A stretch of DNA of 45,081 nt. Origin: Candidatus Eiseniibacteriota bacterium. Its GTDB lineage: Bacteria > Eisenbacteria > RBG-16-71-46. The notes beneath the pieces are model-generated. The model searched no databases. It was not told the origin of the DNA and saw only the letters and a program-made list of their open reading frames with translations. Numbering within the stretch: the first letter of the stretch is position 1; every line of letters starts with the position of its first letter. Positions 1-9,221 of this stretch are shown piece by piece. Both the position numbers and the translations under genes were made by a program. Where the stretch lies: the NCBI GenBank assembly GCA_044222065.1, contig JBGAOA010000035.1, positions 1 to 45,081 of the forward strand, written 5' to 3'.

Positions 1-393
1 GCTCGCGATCCAGGCGAGCCCGGCGATCGTGCGCACCGCGGGGTCGGGCACGTCGGCGCCGAGTCTGCGCCACAGCAGCGCGAGCGCGGCGGCGTCGGCG
101 AAGGCCAGCAGGACGAGCGCGCCGCGCGTCGTCGCGAACGGATCGCCGTTCACGGCGCGCGCGATCGGCGCGGCGAGCCACACGTAGAGCGGCTGGAAGC
201 CGTTCGTCGCGGCGGTCTCGTAGAACGGTCCCTGGCCGCGCGCGTAGCTGCGCGCGAGGTGCAGCGATAGGTAGGCGTCGTCCGCGATCGTGACGCCGTC
301 GAGCGCTTCGAGCGGCCGCAGGGCGACCGTGAGGCGCACGGCGAGATCGAGCACGAGCAGCGCGACGAGCAGCCATCGGGAGGAGCGCGGCAT
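1..393 (-). CDS. Partial (runs off window) membrane glycosyltransferase-like protein, GT-C/ArnT-like
   Basis: Not in ORF track. Read by hand from ATG at 393: MPRSSRWLLVALLVLDLAVRL...IADDAYLSLHLARSYARGQGPFYETAATNGFQPLYVWL. N-terminal TM helix followed by the DD-A-Y...AR...G.G...TNG..PL pattern typical of GT-C first loops; open to position 1. Confidence 0.6.
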   Translation of the reverse strand, partial: MPRSSRWLLVALLVLDLAVRLTVALRPLEALDGVTIADDAYLSLHLARSYARGQGPFYETAATNGFQPLYVWLAAPIARAVNGDPFATTRGALVLLAFADAAALALLWRRLGADVPDPAVRTIAGLAWIAS

Positions 394-701
394 GTGGGTT
401 CCCGGTCGGACGGAATCGGAAGGGGCGCGACTCTAGCAGCGGGCGCGGCCCGCGCCGAGGGGCCGCGTCGTGCAGGATGAACGCTTTTTCCGGGAGCCCG
501 TGCCGATCGTCGTCCGGATCTCGGGCTGCCGGGCAAAATTCACGGCGCGAAGGCCGCCCGGGCGCCCGGAACGGGGGTGATTCTCAAGACGTTCGCGGAG
601 CGCGCCGTAAACCCCCGCGTCCCGACGGAAGGCCAGGACGGCACGGGACGGATCGCGCCGCTCTCGCGCGATCGCGCGTCGCACTGCAGGGGAGGTCCGT
701 G

Positions 702-1166
702 ATGAAGCCACCGCAGACGCCCAGCCGTTCCCCGGAACCGAAGACCCACCGCGCCCAGTTCGGGACGCTCGTGCACGGCCGGTTCCAGGCCCGCGTCCGC
801 GAAACGATCGCCTGCACCACGCTGCTCGTCGTCGCACCCAACATCGGCTGGGCGCGATGGCAGCTCGAAGACGGGCGGTACGTGTACCTGTGCATCCGGC
901 GCCGGATGGACTTCCTGACCGGCGAACTCGGCGTGTCGCTCCAGCCGCTGACGGTGGAAGAACTCCACCCGATCCAGACGCTCGACGCGCTTCCGGCGCG
1001 CGGCGCGTGCCGGATCCAGCTCGGATTCCTGCTCGAAGGGCGTGAGAAGTGGTGGTCGTCGGGCGGCAGCGAGAAGACGCTCATCGAGCGCATGGACTGG
1101 CTCACGCTCCAGCTCCAGGCGCGACTGCACGACTTCCTGCGGCGTTCCGTGCGCGCCGCGGCTTGA
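702..1166 (+). CDS. Hypothetical protein (~154 aa)
   Basis: GGAGG at 691-695 before GTG/ATG (699/702); globular-looking composition (GWARWQLEDGRYVYLCIRR); no recognised family. Confidence 0.6.
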   Translation: MKPPQTPSRSPEPKTHRAQFGTLVHGRFQARVRETIACTTLLVVAPNIGWARWQLEDGRYVYLCIRRRMDFLTGELGVSLQPLTVEELHPIQTLDALPARGACRIQLGFLLEGREKWWSSGGSEKTLIERMDWLTLQLQARLHDFLRRSVRAAA

Positions 1167-1404
1167 TCAGGGGCGGCGCGCGGGTTCCGTCCGCGCGCCG
1201 CACTCGGCCGCACCCGCCGGCCCGCGGTGAGGTCCCCCCGCGCTCGTCGGCCCGAACGCGACACTCGGCGCTCGATCGCCACGTTCGATCAACCTTCGTG
1301 GCGCCCGCTCCGTTCCCAACGCACAGTGCGTCGTGCTCCGCCGAGCGTCCGTCCACGTGCGCCTCACCCGCGCCGTCCTCAGACCGCAGGAGAGATCCCG
1401 CCGC

Positions 1405-3672
1405 ATGCCTTGCGCTCCCCGATCGCTCGTCCGGAATTCCTTCCTCTTCGCACTCGCGCTCGCGACGGCCTTCGCCGGTCCGGCGCTCGCCGCGACGCCG
1501 CAGCCGGGGCCGCCGCTCACGATCCAGCGCCGCACGGGCGACATCTCGCTCGACGGCGAACTCGGCGATCCCGGCTGGCAGGACGTCGCTCCGGTGACGC
1601 AGTGGTTCGAGACGCGGGTCGGCGACAACGTCGAGCCGCCCGTCGCGAGCCGCGGCTGGCTCGCGTACGACGATCGCTACCTGTACGCCGCATTCGAGTT
1701 CGACGATCCGGATCCGAAGCGGATTCGCGCGCCGCTCGGCGACCACGACGCACTGTCGGGCTCGACCGACTACGGCGGCATCATCGTGGACAGCCGCAAC
1801 GACGGCCGCACCGCGATCCTGTTCCTCGCAAACGCGAACGGGCTCCAGTACGACGCGCAGACGAGCGACGTCTCGGGAGAGGACAGCGCCCCCGACTTCT
1901 ACTGGGACGCGCGCGGCAAGGTGACCGCGAAGGGCTGGCAGCTCGAATTGCGCGTACCCTTCTCGTCGCTGCGCTACAAGAAGGACGAGGCGCCGACGTG
2001 GGGGATCATGCTGTACCGGAACTACCCGCGTGACCGGCACTACCAGATGTTCACCGCCCGGCTGCCGCGCGACGTGAACTGCTTCATCTGCAACGAGAGC
2101 AAGCTCACGGGGCTGAACGACCTGCCCCACGGCTCGCACCTCGTCGTCGTGCCGTACGCGACGGCGCAGCAGCTGAGCGCGCCCGAGGGCGATCTCGGCA
2201 CGCCGCTGAAGCACGAGGACGTGGACACGGAGACGGGCCTCGACGTGAAGTGGAGTCCGCACGCCGGCATCGCGATCGACGCGACGCTCAATCCCGACTT
2301 CTCGCAGGTCGAATCCGACGCCGCGCAGATCGGCGCGAACGAGCGTTTCGCGCTGTTCTACGCCGAAAAGCGCTCGTTCTTCCTCGAAGGCGTGGATCTG
2401 CTCTCGACGCCGCTCCAGGCCGTCTACACGCGCACGATCACGTCGCCCGAGTACGGTCTGCGCGCGACCGGGAAGTTCGGGCCCACGGCGTACACCGCGA
2501 TCGCGACGCACGACCGCGGCGGCGGCGTCGTCGTGCTGCCGGGGCCGCAGGGCTCCGACGCGGCGTACCAGGACTTCGAATCCGACGTCGGCATCGTGCG
2601 ACTGCGCCGCGACCTCGGGCCGTCGTACGTGAGCGGACTCTTCACGGGACGCAACGTGGACGGCGGCGGACACAACGTCGTCTTCGGTCCCGACTTCCAG
2701 TGGCGTCCGCGCCCGACCGACTCCTTCACGGGGCAGGCGCTGTGGAGCGATTCGCGCACACCGGATCGGACCGATCTCACCGCCGAATGGGACGGCCGCT
2801 CGCTCCGCGATCGCGCGCTGCTGCTGAACTGGTCGCACTCCGATCCGCGACTTGATTGCTTCATCCAGGGGCAGGACATCGGCGCCGACTTCCGTGCCGA
2901 CGACGGCTTCATTCCGCAGGTCGGCTACCGCGAGGTCTACTTCGAATCCGGCTTCACGCAGCGGCCGAAGGACGCGTTTCTGTCGCGCGTCCGCTACTTC
3001 ACCGTGAACTACGCCGACCTGGACACCGACGACGATGTGCTGTCGCAGCGCGTGTCGGTGGGCGCGGGGATGGACGGGCGCTGGAACAGCTTCCTCCGCG
3101 TCGAGCTGAACGAAGACGCGCTGCGCGTCGGCGACGCGCTGCTGCGCCGCTTCCGTCCGGTCTTGCAGGTGCAGGCGAGCCCGACGAAGTCCGTGTACGA
3201 CGTGAGCGTCACGGCCTCGCTCGGGGAGGAGATCGACTTCGCGAACGGCCGCGAGGGCAACGGCACGTCCATCACCTCCGGATTCACCGTGCGGCCGAGC
3301 GATCACCTGGAGCTGCGCGCGAGCGCGAACGGGCGCTGGCTGCACGTGGACGCGGGCGGCGGACTCGAGGGCCGGCTGTTCGCGGCGACGGTGGACCGGT
3401 TGCGCGCGACGTACCAGTTCAACTCGCGCTCGTTCCTGCGGCTCATCGGCGAGTACGTGCGGACGAAGCGCGACCCGTCGCTCTACACGTTCCCCGTCGC
3501 CGTGAAGGACGAGGCCGTGAACCTGTCCGCGCTCTTCGCGTACAAGCTCAACTTCCAGACGGTGCTGTACGCGGGCTACGGCGGGGAACGCGAGTTCACG
3601 GACGTCACCGGCCGCCTCGAGTCGAGCGGTCGCCAGATCTTCACGAAGGTCAGCTACGCGTGGCAGCCGTGA
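1405..3672 (+). CDS. CBM9-like N-terminal domain + DUF5916-like outer-membrane beta-barrel protein
   Basis: Signal peptide (FLFALALATAFAGPALA); ISLDGELGDPGW CBM9-type start; DATLNPDFSQVESD and RFALFYAEKRSFFLEG motifs characteristic of DUF5916; beta-strand-rich C-terminus ending KVSYAWQP; AGGAG upstream of ATG 1405. Confidence 0.85.
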   Translation: MPCAPRSLVRNSFLFALALATAFAGPALAATPQPGPPLTIQRRTGDISLDGELGDPGWQDVAPVTQWFETRVGDNVEPPVASRGWLAYDDRYLYAAFEFDDPDPKRIRAPLGDHDALSGSTDYGGIIVDSRNDGRTAILFLANANGLQYDAQTSDVSGEDSAPDFYWDARGKVTAKGWQLELRVPFSSLRYKKDEAPTWGIMLYRNYPRDRHYQMFTARLPRDVNCFICNESKLTGLNDLPHGSHLVVVPYATAQQLSAPEGDLGTPLKHEDVDTETGLDVKWSPHAGIAIDATLNPDFSQVESDAAQIGANERFALFYAEKRSFFLEGVDLLSTPLQAVYTRTITSPEYGLRATGKFGPTAYTAIATHDRGGGVVVLPGPQGSDAAYQDFESDVGIVRLRRDLGPSYVSGLFTGRNVDGGGHNVVFGPDFQWRPRPTDSFTGQALWSDSRTPDRTDLTAEWDGRSLRDRALLLNWSHSDPRLDCFIQGQDIGADFRADDGFIPQVGYREVYFESGFTQRPKDAFLSRVRYFTVNYADLDTDDDVLSQRVSVGAGMDGRWNSFLRVELNEDALRVGDALLRRFRPVLQVQASPTKSVYDVSVTASLGEEIDFANGREGNGTSITSGFTVRPSDHLELRASANGRWLHVDAGGGLEGRLFAATVDRLRATYQFNSRSFLRLIGEYVRTKRDPSLYTFPVAVKDEAVNLSALFAYKLNFQTVLYAGYGGEREFTDVTGRLESSGRQIFTKVSYAWQP

Positions 3673-3826
3673 GAGCCCGAAGACTCCCGGAGTGAGGCGT
3701 GGTGATCGCGTCGCGGGCGTGCGACTCGCAGTTCCTCGTCCGCGCGTCCCCGCCGTCGATCCTGCGGTGCGCGCCCTCGAACACGCACCGTCCGAATCGA
3801 GTGGCCGGAACGACGGCGATCGTGCG

Positions 3827-4423
3827 ATGCTCCCGCACGTGATCCGCCTCGTTCGAAGATCGTCCCGCCGTGCGCGCATCGTGCGCGACCTTGCGCGCCG
3901 AGTTCTCGGGGTCGTCGCGCTCGCTCTCGTCTGCGCGCCGCAGCCCGCCGCGGCGTGGGAGGGATCGCCCGTCGCGCTCGACCGACTGCAGCGGCGTCTC
4001 GCCGGCCGCCCGGCGCGCGCGTGGGTGGCGGACGGAATCATCGAGGGCCGGGACGTTCGCGCCGACGAGGACGGGATTACGTTCGGCGCGGATGCGACGA
4101 TCCGCCGCGCGGGGTCCGCGGCGGGATCGCCGGAGCGTTTCGTGGCCGGACGCATCGCGTGGAGCGACGTGGACTCGATCGCGACGCGACGCTCGCTCGC
4201 GGGAACGACGGCGATCGTCGGGACGTTCCTGTTCACGCTTGGCGCCGTGGGCGTTTTCCAGGCGGCGAACGTCGATCCCGGGCCCGGCATCGCGATTGCG
4301 CTCGCGTTCCCGCCGCTCGGTGCGGCCGCCGGCGCCGCGATCGGATCCCGGATGCATCACTGGAAGCGCGCGTGGCCGGACGACCGCCCCGAGCGCGCGC
4401 CTGCGAGCGGCGGAGGCCGCTAG
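3827..4423 (+). CDS. Hypothetical exported/membrane protein with C-terminal glycine-zipper-like helices
   Basis: Signal-like segment VLGVVALALVCAPQPAAA; IAWSDVDSI motif; hydrophobic segments including LGAAAGAAIGS; converges on kdpC. Start uncertain. Confidence 0.5.
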   Translation: MLPHVIRLVRRSSRRARIVRDLARRVLGVVALALVCAPQPAAAWEGSPVALDRLQRRLAGRPARAWVADGIIEGRDVRADEDGITFGADATIRRAGSAAGSPERFVAGRIAWSDVDSIATRRSLAGTTAIVGTFLFTLGAVGVFQAANVDPGPGIAIALAFPPLGAAAGAAIGSRMHHWKRAWPDDRPERAPASGGGR

Positions 4424-4448
4424 CACCCGACTCGGCGCGGGACGACGC

Positions 4449-5021
4449 TCAGCGTCTCGCGTCGAGCGCGAGATTCAGCTCGAGCACGTTCACGCGCGGC
4501 TCACCGAGAATCCCGAACGTCGAGCGCTCGGTGTGCGCGCGCACGAGGGCGCGGACGACCTCGGCATCGAGGCCGCGCGCGCGCGCGACGCGAACGACCT
4601 GGAACTCCGCGGCCGCGACTCCGACGTGGGGGTCGAGGCCGCTCGCGGAGGCGGTGACGAGATCCACGGGCACGGAGCCCGTGGCCGTGGAGTCCGCGGC
4701 CCGGAGCGCCTCGATCCGAGCCCGGGCCGCGTCCACGAGCGCGGGATTCAGCGGGCCCAGGTTCGAGCCCGAGGACGCCGCGGCGTCGTAGGGCACGGGC
4801 GAGGTCGCCGACAGACGGCCCCAGAAGTAGCGGGGCGCGTCGAACGACTGGCCGACGAGCCGCGACCCGACGATGCGGCCCTCGCGTTCGATGAGGCTGC
4901 CGTTCGCCCGTCCCGGGAAGGCGAGCTGCCCGATCCCGGTCACTGCGAGCGGGTAGAACACGCCGGTGAGGAGGCTCAACGCGAGGAGCAGCGCGATCGC
5001 GGGACGCCATTCGGTGCGCAC
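4449..5021 (-). CDS. kdpC: Potassium-transporting ATPase subunit C
   Basis: C-terminal 190 aa of track ORF 4449..6884 from GTG 5021: [57 protein letters not shown]. Confidence 0.95.
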   Translation of the reverse strand: MRTEWRPAIALLLALSLLTGVFYPLAVTGIGQLAFPGRANGSLIEREGRIVGSRLVGQSFDAPRYFWGRLSATSPVPYDAAASSGSNLGPLNPALVDAARARIEALRAADSTATGSVPVDLVTASASGLDPHVGVAAAEFQVVRVARARGLDAEVVRALVRAHTERSTFGILGEPRVNVLELNLALDARR

Positions 5022-5032
5022 GGCGGGGCCTT

Positions 5033-7102
5033 TCAGGTCAGGTGGAGGGCGACGAGCACGAGGTCGATCGCCTTGATGCCGACGAACGGCGCGACCAGCC
5101 CGCCGACGCCGTAGACGAGCAGGTTCTGCCGCAGCACGGCGGCCGCGCCGAGCGGGCGGTAGGGGACGCCGCGCAGCGCGAGGGGCACGAGCGCGATGAT
5201 GACGAGCGCGTTGAAGATCACGGCCGAGAGGATTGCCGAGCGCGGCGTCGCGAGCCCCATCACGTTGAGCGCCGCGAGCGCGGGGTAGGTGCTCACGAAG
5301 GCGGCCGGCAGGATCGCGAAGTACTTCGCGACGTCGTTCGCGACGCTGAGCGTCGTGAGCGCGCCGCGCGTCATGAGCATCTGCTTCCCGGTCTCGACGA
5401 TCTCGATGAGCTTCGTGGGATTGGAATCGAGATCCACCATGTTCCCGGCCTCCTTCGCCGCCTGCGTGCCGCTGTTCATCGCGACCGCGACATCGGCCTG
5501 CGCGAGCGCGGGCGCGTCGTTCGTGCCGTCGCCCGTCATCGCGACGAGGCGCCCGCCCGCCTGCTTCTCGCGGATGAGGCGCAGCTTCGCCTCGGGCGTG
5601 GCCTCGGCGAGGAAGTCGTCCACGCCCGCCTCGGCCGCGATCGCCGCGGCCGTGAGCGGGTTGTCGCCGGTGATCATGACGGTCTGGATGCCCATCTTCC
5701 GCAGGTGCGCGAAGCGCTCGCGGATGCCGCCCTTCACGACGTCCTTCAGGCGGATCACCCCGAGCACGCGCGCGTCGTCGGCGACGACGAGCGGCGTCGC
5801 GCCCTGGCGCGCGACCGCCTCGACGGTCGTGCGAACGGCCTCGGGGAAGTGGCCGCCCTGTTCGCGCACGAACGCCTCGAGCGCGTCGGCGGCACCCTTG
5901 CGGACGCGGCGGCCCTCCAGGTCCACGCCGCTCATGCGCGTCTGCGCGGTGAACGGCACGAAACGCGCGCCGAGCGCGTGCACGTCGCGCTCGCGCAGAC
6001 CGTGCTTCTGCTTCGCTAGCACGACGATACTGCGGCCCTCCGGCGTCTCGTCGGAGAGCGACGCGAGCTGCGCCGCGTCCGCGAGTTGGGCCTCGGAGGC
6101 GCCGGGCGCGGGCAGGAACTCGGTCGCCATGCGGTTGCCGAGCGTGATCGTCCCGGTCTTGTCGAGCAGCAGCACGTCCACGTCGCCCGCGGCCTCGACG
6201 GCGCGACCCGACGTCGCAATCACGTTGTCCTGGGTCAGCCGGTCCATGCCCGCGATCCCGATCGCCGACAGCAGTCCGCCGATCGTCGTCGGGATCAGGC
6301 ACACGAGCAGTGCCGCGAGCACCGTGACCGAGATCGGCGAGCCGGCGCCCGCGGCACGGACGCCGAAGAGCGAGAACGGCAGCAGCGTCGCCGTCGTGAG
6401 CAGGAAGACGATCGTGAGTGCGGCGAGCAGGATCGCGAGCGCGATCTCGTTCGGGGTCTTCTGGCGCGTCGCGCCCTCGACCATCGCGATCATCCGGTCG
6501 ATGAACGTCTCGCCGGGGTTCGCCGTGACGCGCACGACGAGCCAGTCCGAGAGCACCTTCGTTCCGCCCGTGACGGCGTTCCGGTCGCCGCCGCTCTCGC
6601 GGATCACCGGAGCCGATTCGCCCGTGATGACGCTCTCGTCCACCGAAGCGACGCCTTCGACGACTTCCCCGTCCACGGGCACCGGCTGTCCGGCGGACAC
6701 GAAGACGCAGTCGCCCTTGCGGAGCGTCGCGGCCGGCACCTGCGTCACGGACAGGTGGTCGGCCGGGTCCTCGAGCTTCCGCGCCCAGACGTCGCTGCGC
6801 GCGCGCCGCAGCGTCTCGGCCTGCGCGCGCCCGCGGCCCTCGGCCATCGCCTCGGCGAAGTTCGCGAACAGCACCGTGAACCACAGCCAGACGGAGACCG
6901 CGGCGATGAACCCCGCCGGCTCTTCGCCTCGGCCGCCGATCGCCCGCACGGCGAGCACGGCGGTGAGCGCCGCGGTCACGAGCACGACGAACATCACGGG
7001 GTTCCGGAGCTGGATGCGCGGATCGAGCTTCCGGAACGCGGCGATGACCGCGCCGCGGACGATGGGCGCTTCGAACAGCGGGCGAGTGCGGTTCTTCGAC
7101 AC
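5033..7102 (-). CDS. kdpB: Potassium-transporting P-type ATPase subunit B
   Basis: GTG 7102 with GGAG upstream; NPVMFVV, TGES, DKTGT phosphorylation motif, TGDN, GDGTND, NDVAKYF. Confidence 0.97.
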   Translation of the reverse strand: MSKNRTRPLFEAPIVRGAVIAAFRKLDPRIQLRNPVMFVVLVTAALTAVLAVRAIGGRGEEPAGFIAAVSVWLWFTVLFANFAEAMAEGRGRAQAETLRRARSDVWARKLEDPADHLSVTQVPAATLRKGDCVFVSAGQPVPVDGEVVEGVASVDESVITGESAPVIRESGGDRNAVTGGTKVLSDWLVVRVTANPGETFIDRMIAMVEGATRQKTPNEIALAILLAALTIVFLLTTATLLPFSLFGVRAAGAGSPISVTVLAALLVCLIPTTIGGLLSAIGIAGMDRLTQDNVIATSGRAVEAAGDVDVLLLDKTGTITLGNRMATEFLPAPGASEAQLADAAQLASLSDETPEGRSIVVLAKQKHGLRERDVHALGARFVPFTAQTRMSGVDLEGRRVRKGAADALEAFVREQGGHFPEAVRTTVEAVARQGATPLVVADDARVLGVIRLKDVVKGGIRERFAHLRKMGIQTVMITGDNPLTAAAIAAEAGVDDFLAEATPEAKLRLIREKQAGGRLVAMTGDGTNDAPALAQADVAVAMNSGTQAAKEAGNMVDLDSNPTKLIEIVETGKQMLMTRGALTTLSVANDVAKYFAILPAAFVSTYPALAALNVMGLATPRSAILSAVIFNALVIIALVPLALRGVPYRPLGAAAVLRQNLLVYGVGGLVAPFVGIKAIDLVLVALHLT

Positions 7103-7128
7103 GTTCGGGACTCCGGGAGGCCGGCGCG

Positions 7129-8874
7129 TCAGCCGCGCGCGAACAGCAGGTGTTCGACGATGGGGCCGAGCGCGAGCGCCGGGAAGAAGGCGAGAGCGCC
7201 GACGACGATCACGAGTGAAGCGAGCAGGAACACGAAGAGCGGCGTGTGCGTCGGCAGCGTCCCCTCGCCGGGCGGCACCTTCTTCTTGGACGCGAGCGAG
7301 CCGGCGGTGGCCAGCACGGGCACGATCAGCCAGTAGCGCGCGAACAGCATCGCGAGGCCGAGCAACACGTCGTAGAACGGTGTCGAAGCCGTGAGGCCCG
7401 CGAACGCGCTGCCGTTGTTGTTGCCCGCCGAGGAGAACGCGTAGAGCACTTCGCTGAAGCCGTGGGGGCCCGGGTTCAGGACGCCGGCGCGCCCTGCGGC
7501 GGTTGCGACCGCGAGCGCGGCGCCGAGCTTCACGACCACCGGCGGGATCAGGATCGCGAGCGACGCCATCTTCATCTCGTACGCTTCGATCTTCTTCCCG
7601 AGGTACTCGGGCGTGCGCCCGACCATCAGTCCCGAGAGGAACACGGCCGTGAGCGCGAAGAGCAGCATGCCGTAGAGGCCCGATCCCACGCCGCCGTACA
7701 CGACCTCGCCGAGCTGCATCAGCACCATCGGCACGAGTCCGCCGAGGGGCGTGAACGAGTCGTGCATCGAATTGACGGAGCCGTTGGACGCCGCCGTCGT
7801 CGCTGCGGCCCACAGCGCGGACTCGGCCGGGCCGAAGCGGGACTCCTTGCCCTCCATGTTGCCGCCCGGCGAGACCGCGGACGGCGCCGAGTCCACGCCG
7901 AGCGCAGAGAGGCGGGCATTCGCGCCGTGTTCGAACCACATCCCCGGCACCGCGAAGAGCACGAACAGCAGCGTCATCGTGGCGAAGATCGCCCAGCCCT
8001 GTCGCCGGTCCGCGACCATGCGGCCGAACGTGAAGCACAGCGCGACCGGCACGAGCAGGATCGCGAGCAGCTCGAGCAGGTTCGACAGCGGCGTCGGGTT
8101 CTCGAGCGGATGCGCCGAGTTCACGTTGAAGAAGCCGCCGCCGTTCGTGCCGAGCTGCTTGATCGCGACCTGCGAGGCGACGGGGCCGACCGCGATCGCC
8201 TGCGTCGTCACGAGGCCGCCCTCGCCGTCGGCGACCGGCTGGACGCGGTCGGCGGTGACCGTCGGGCCGAACGTCTGCACCACGCCCTGGGAAACGAGCG
8301 CGATCGCGAGCACGAGCGACAGCGGCAGCAGGACGTGCAACGTGACGCGCGTCAGGTCCGCCCAGAAGTTGCCGATCGTGTCCGCGGACCGGCGCGCCAG
8401 ACCGCGGATGAACGCGGCCATCACGGCGATGCCCGTTGCGGCCGAGACGAAGTTCTGCGCCGTGAGCCCGAGCATCTGGACGAGGTACGAGAGCGTCGTT
8501 TCGCCCGAGTACGACTGCCAGTTCGTGTTCGTCGCGAAGCTCACCGCCGTATTGAACGCGAGGTGCGGAACGACGCCGGGAAGCCGCTGCGGGTTGAGCG
8601 GCAGGTCCGCCTGGAAGCGCTGGAGCAGGTAGACCGCGATCAGTCCGAACGCGTTGAAGACCAGCACGCCTGCGGCGTACCGCTTCCAGCCGGTCTCGAC
8701 GGAGGGTTCGACCCCTGCGAAGCGGTAGAGCAGGCGTTCGAGCGGGTCGGTGAGGCGAGCCCACGGTGCGCGTCGTCCGTCCAGGACGTGCGCGATGAAG
8801 CCGCCGAGCGGCACGCCGAGGGCGACGAGCAGCGCGAGGAGCAGTGCGAGGTTCAGCCACGCGTGCGCGGTCAT
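7129..8874 (-). CDS. kdpA: Potassium-transporting ATPase subunit A
   Basis: [56 protein letters not shown] selectivity-filter motifs. Confidence 0.97.
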   Translation of the reverse strand: MTAHAWLNLALLLALLVALGVPLGGFIAHVLDGRRAPWARLTDPLERLLYRFAGVEPSVETGWKRYAAGVLVFNAFGLIAVYLLQRFQADLPLNPQRLPGVVPHLAFNTAVSFATNTNWQSYSGETTLSYLVQMLGLTAQNFVSAATGIAVMAAFIRGLARRSADTIGNFWADLTRVTLHVLLPLSLVLAIALVSQGVVQTFGPTVTADRVQPVADGEGGLVTTQAIAVGPVASQVAIKQLGTNGGGFFNVNSAHPLENPTPLSNLLELLAILLVPVALCFTFGRMVADRRQGWAIFATMTLLFVLFAVPGMWFEHGANARLSALGVDSAPSAVSPGGNMEGKESRFGPAESALWAAATTAASNGSVNSMHDSFTPLGGLVPMVLMQLGEVVYGGVGSGLYGMLLFALTAVFLSGLMVGRTPEYLGKKIEAYEMKMASLAILIPPVVVKLGAALAVATAAGRAGVLNPGPHGFSEVLYAFSSAGNNNGSAFAGLTASTPFYDVLLGLAMLFARYWLIVPVLATAGSLASKKKVPPGEGTLPTHTPLFVFLLASLVIVVGALAFFPALALGPIVEHLLFARG

Positions 8875-8963
8875 CAGAACTTCTCCGGCTTGAGCAGCGC
8901 GATCGCGAGGTAGATCAGCAGCAGCAGGGTGATGACGGCGCCTGCGGCGTAGAGCGGGTTCAC
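8874..8963 (-). CDS. kdpF: KdpF subunit (29 aa)
   Basis: Not in ORF track. GTG 8963: [29 protein letters not shown]; canonical YL..ALL.PEKF end; TGATG overlap with kdpA start; GAGG upstream. Confidence 0.93.
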   Translation of the reverse strand: MNPLYAAGAVITLLLLIYLAIALLKPEKF

Positions 8964-8970
8964 GGGTGCC

Positions 8971-9057
8971 TCAGCGCAGCTTCTCGCTCAGCGCGACGAA
9001 CGCGAGCGAGAGGGCGAAGAACGCGACGACGATCAGGAACATCAGGACATCCGGCAC
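8971..9057 (-). CDS. Small hydrophobic membrane peptide (28 aa) upstream of kdpF
   Basis: Not in ORF track. GTG 9057 with GGGAGG RBS: MPDVLMFLIVVAFFALSLAFVALSEKLR*; single TM helix; stop 7 nt before kdpF start. Confidence 0.75.
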   Translation of the reverse strand: MPDVLMFLIVVAFFALSLAFVALSEKLR

Positions 9058-9140
9058 GACGCCTCCCCGGGGCGGCTCGGCCCCTTGCGGGACCATTGGA
9101 CTCCCGATCGCCGTCAGCGCGGCGCGAAGATCCCCCGGTC

Positions 9141-9162
9141 CCGCATCAAGACCGCATCAAGA
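9141..9162. promoter_or_regulatory. Perfect tandem direct repeat 2 x CCGCATCAAGA, probable KdpE operator
   Basis: ccgcatcaaga ccgcatcaaga with 11-bp period in the kdpF/kdpD divergent spacer; OmpR/PhoB-family regulators bind ~11-bp-spaced direct repeats. Confidence 0.7.
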
Positions 9163-9206
9163 TCGAGGCGCGCCGGGCGTCGCGGCTTCGCCCGGGCGCC
9201 GGGGCG

Positions 9207-9215
9207 TGCTGTAAT
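9207..9215 (+). promoter_or_regulatory. Putative extended -10 element (TGcTGTAAT) for a leaderless kdpD transcript
   Basis: Matches TGnTATAAT at all but one position, lies 6 nt before ATG 9222, and no SD is visible. Confidence 0.5.
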
Positions 9216-9221
9216 CGCTCC

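Noticed and set aside
5033..8860. Apparent 1275-aa KdpB with N-terminal extension; likewise extended ORFs 4449..6884, 18528..21584, 22081..26361, 24579..28361, 27602..30541
   Set aside because: Extensions are alternative frames of the upstream genes; real starts have SD sequences or stop/start overlaps further downstream.
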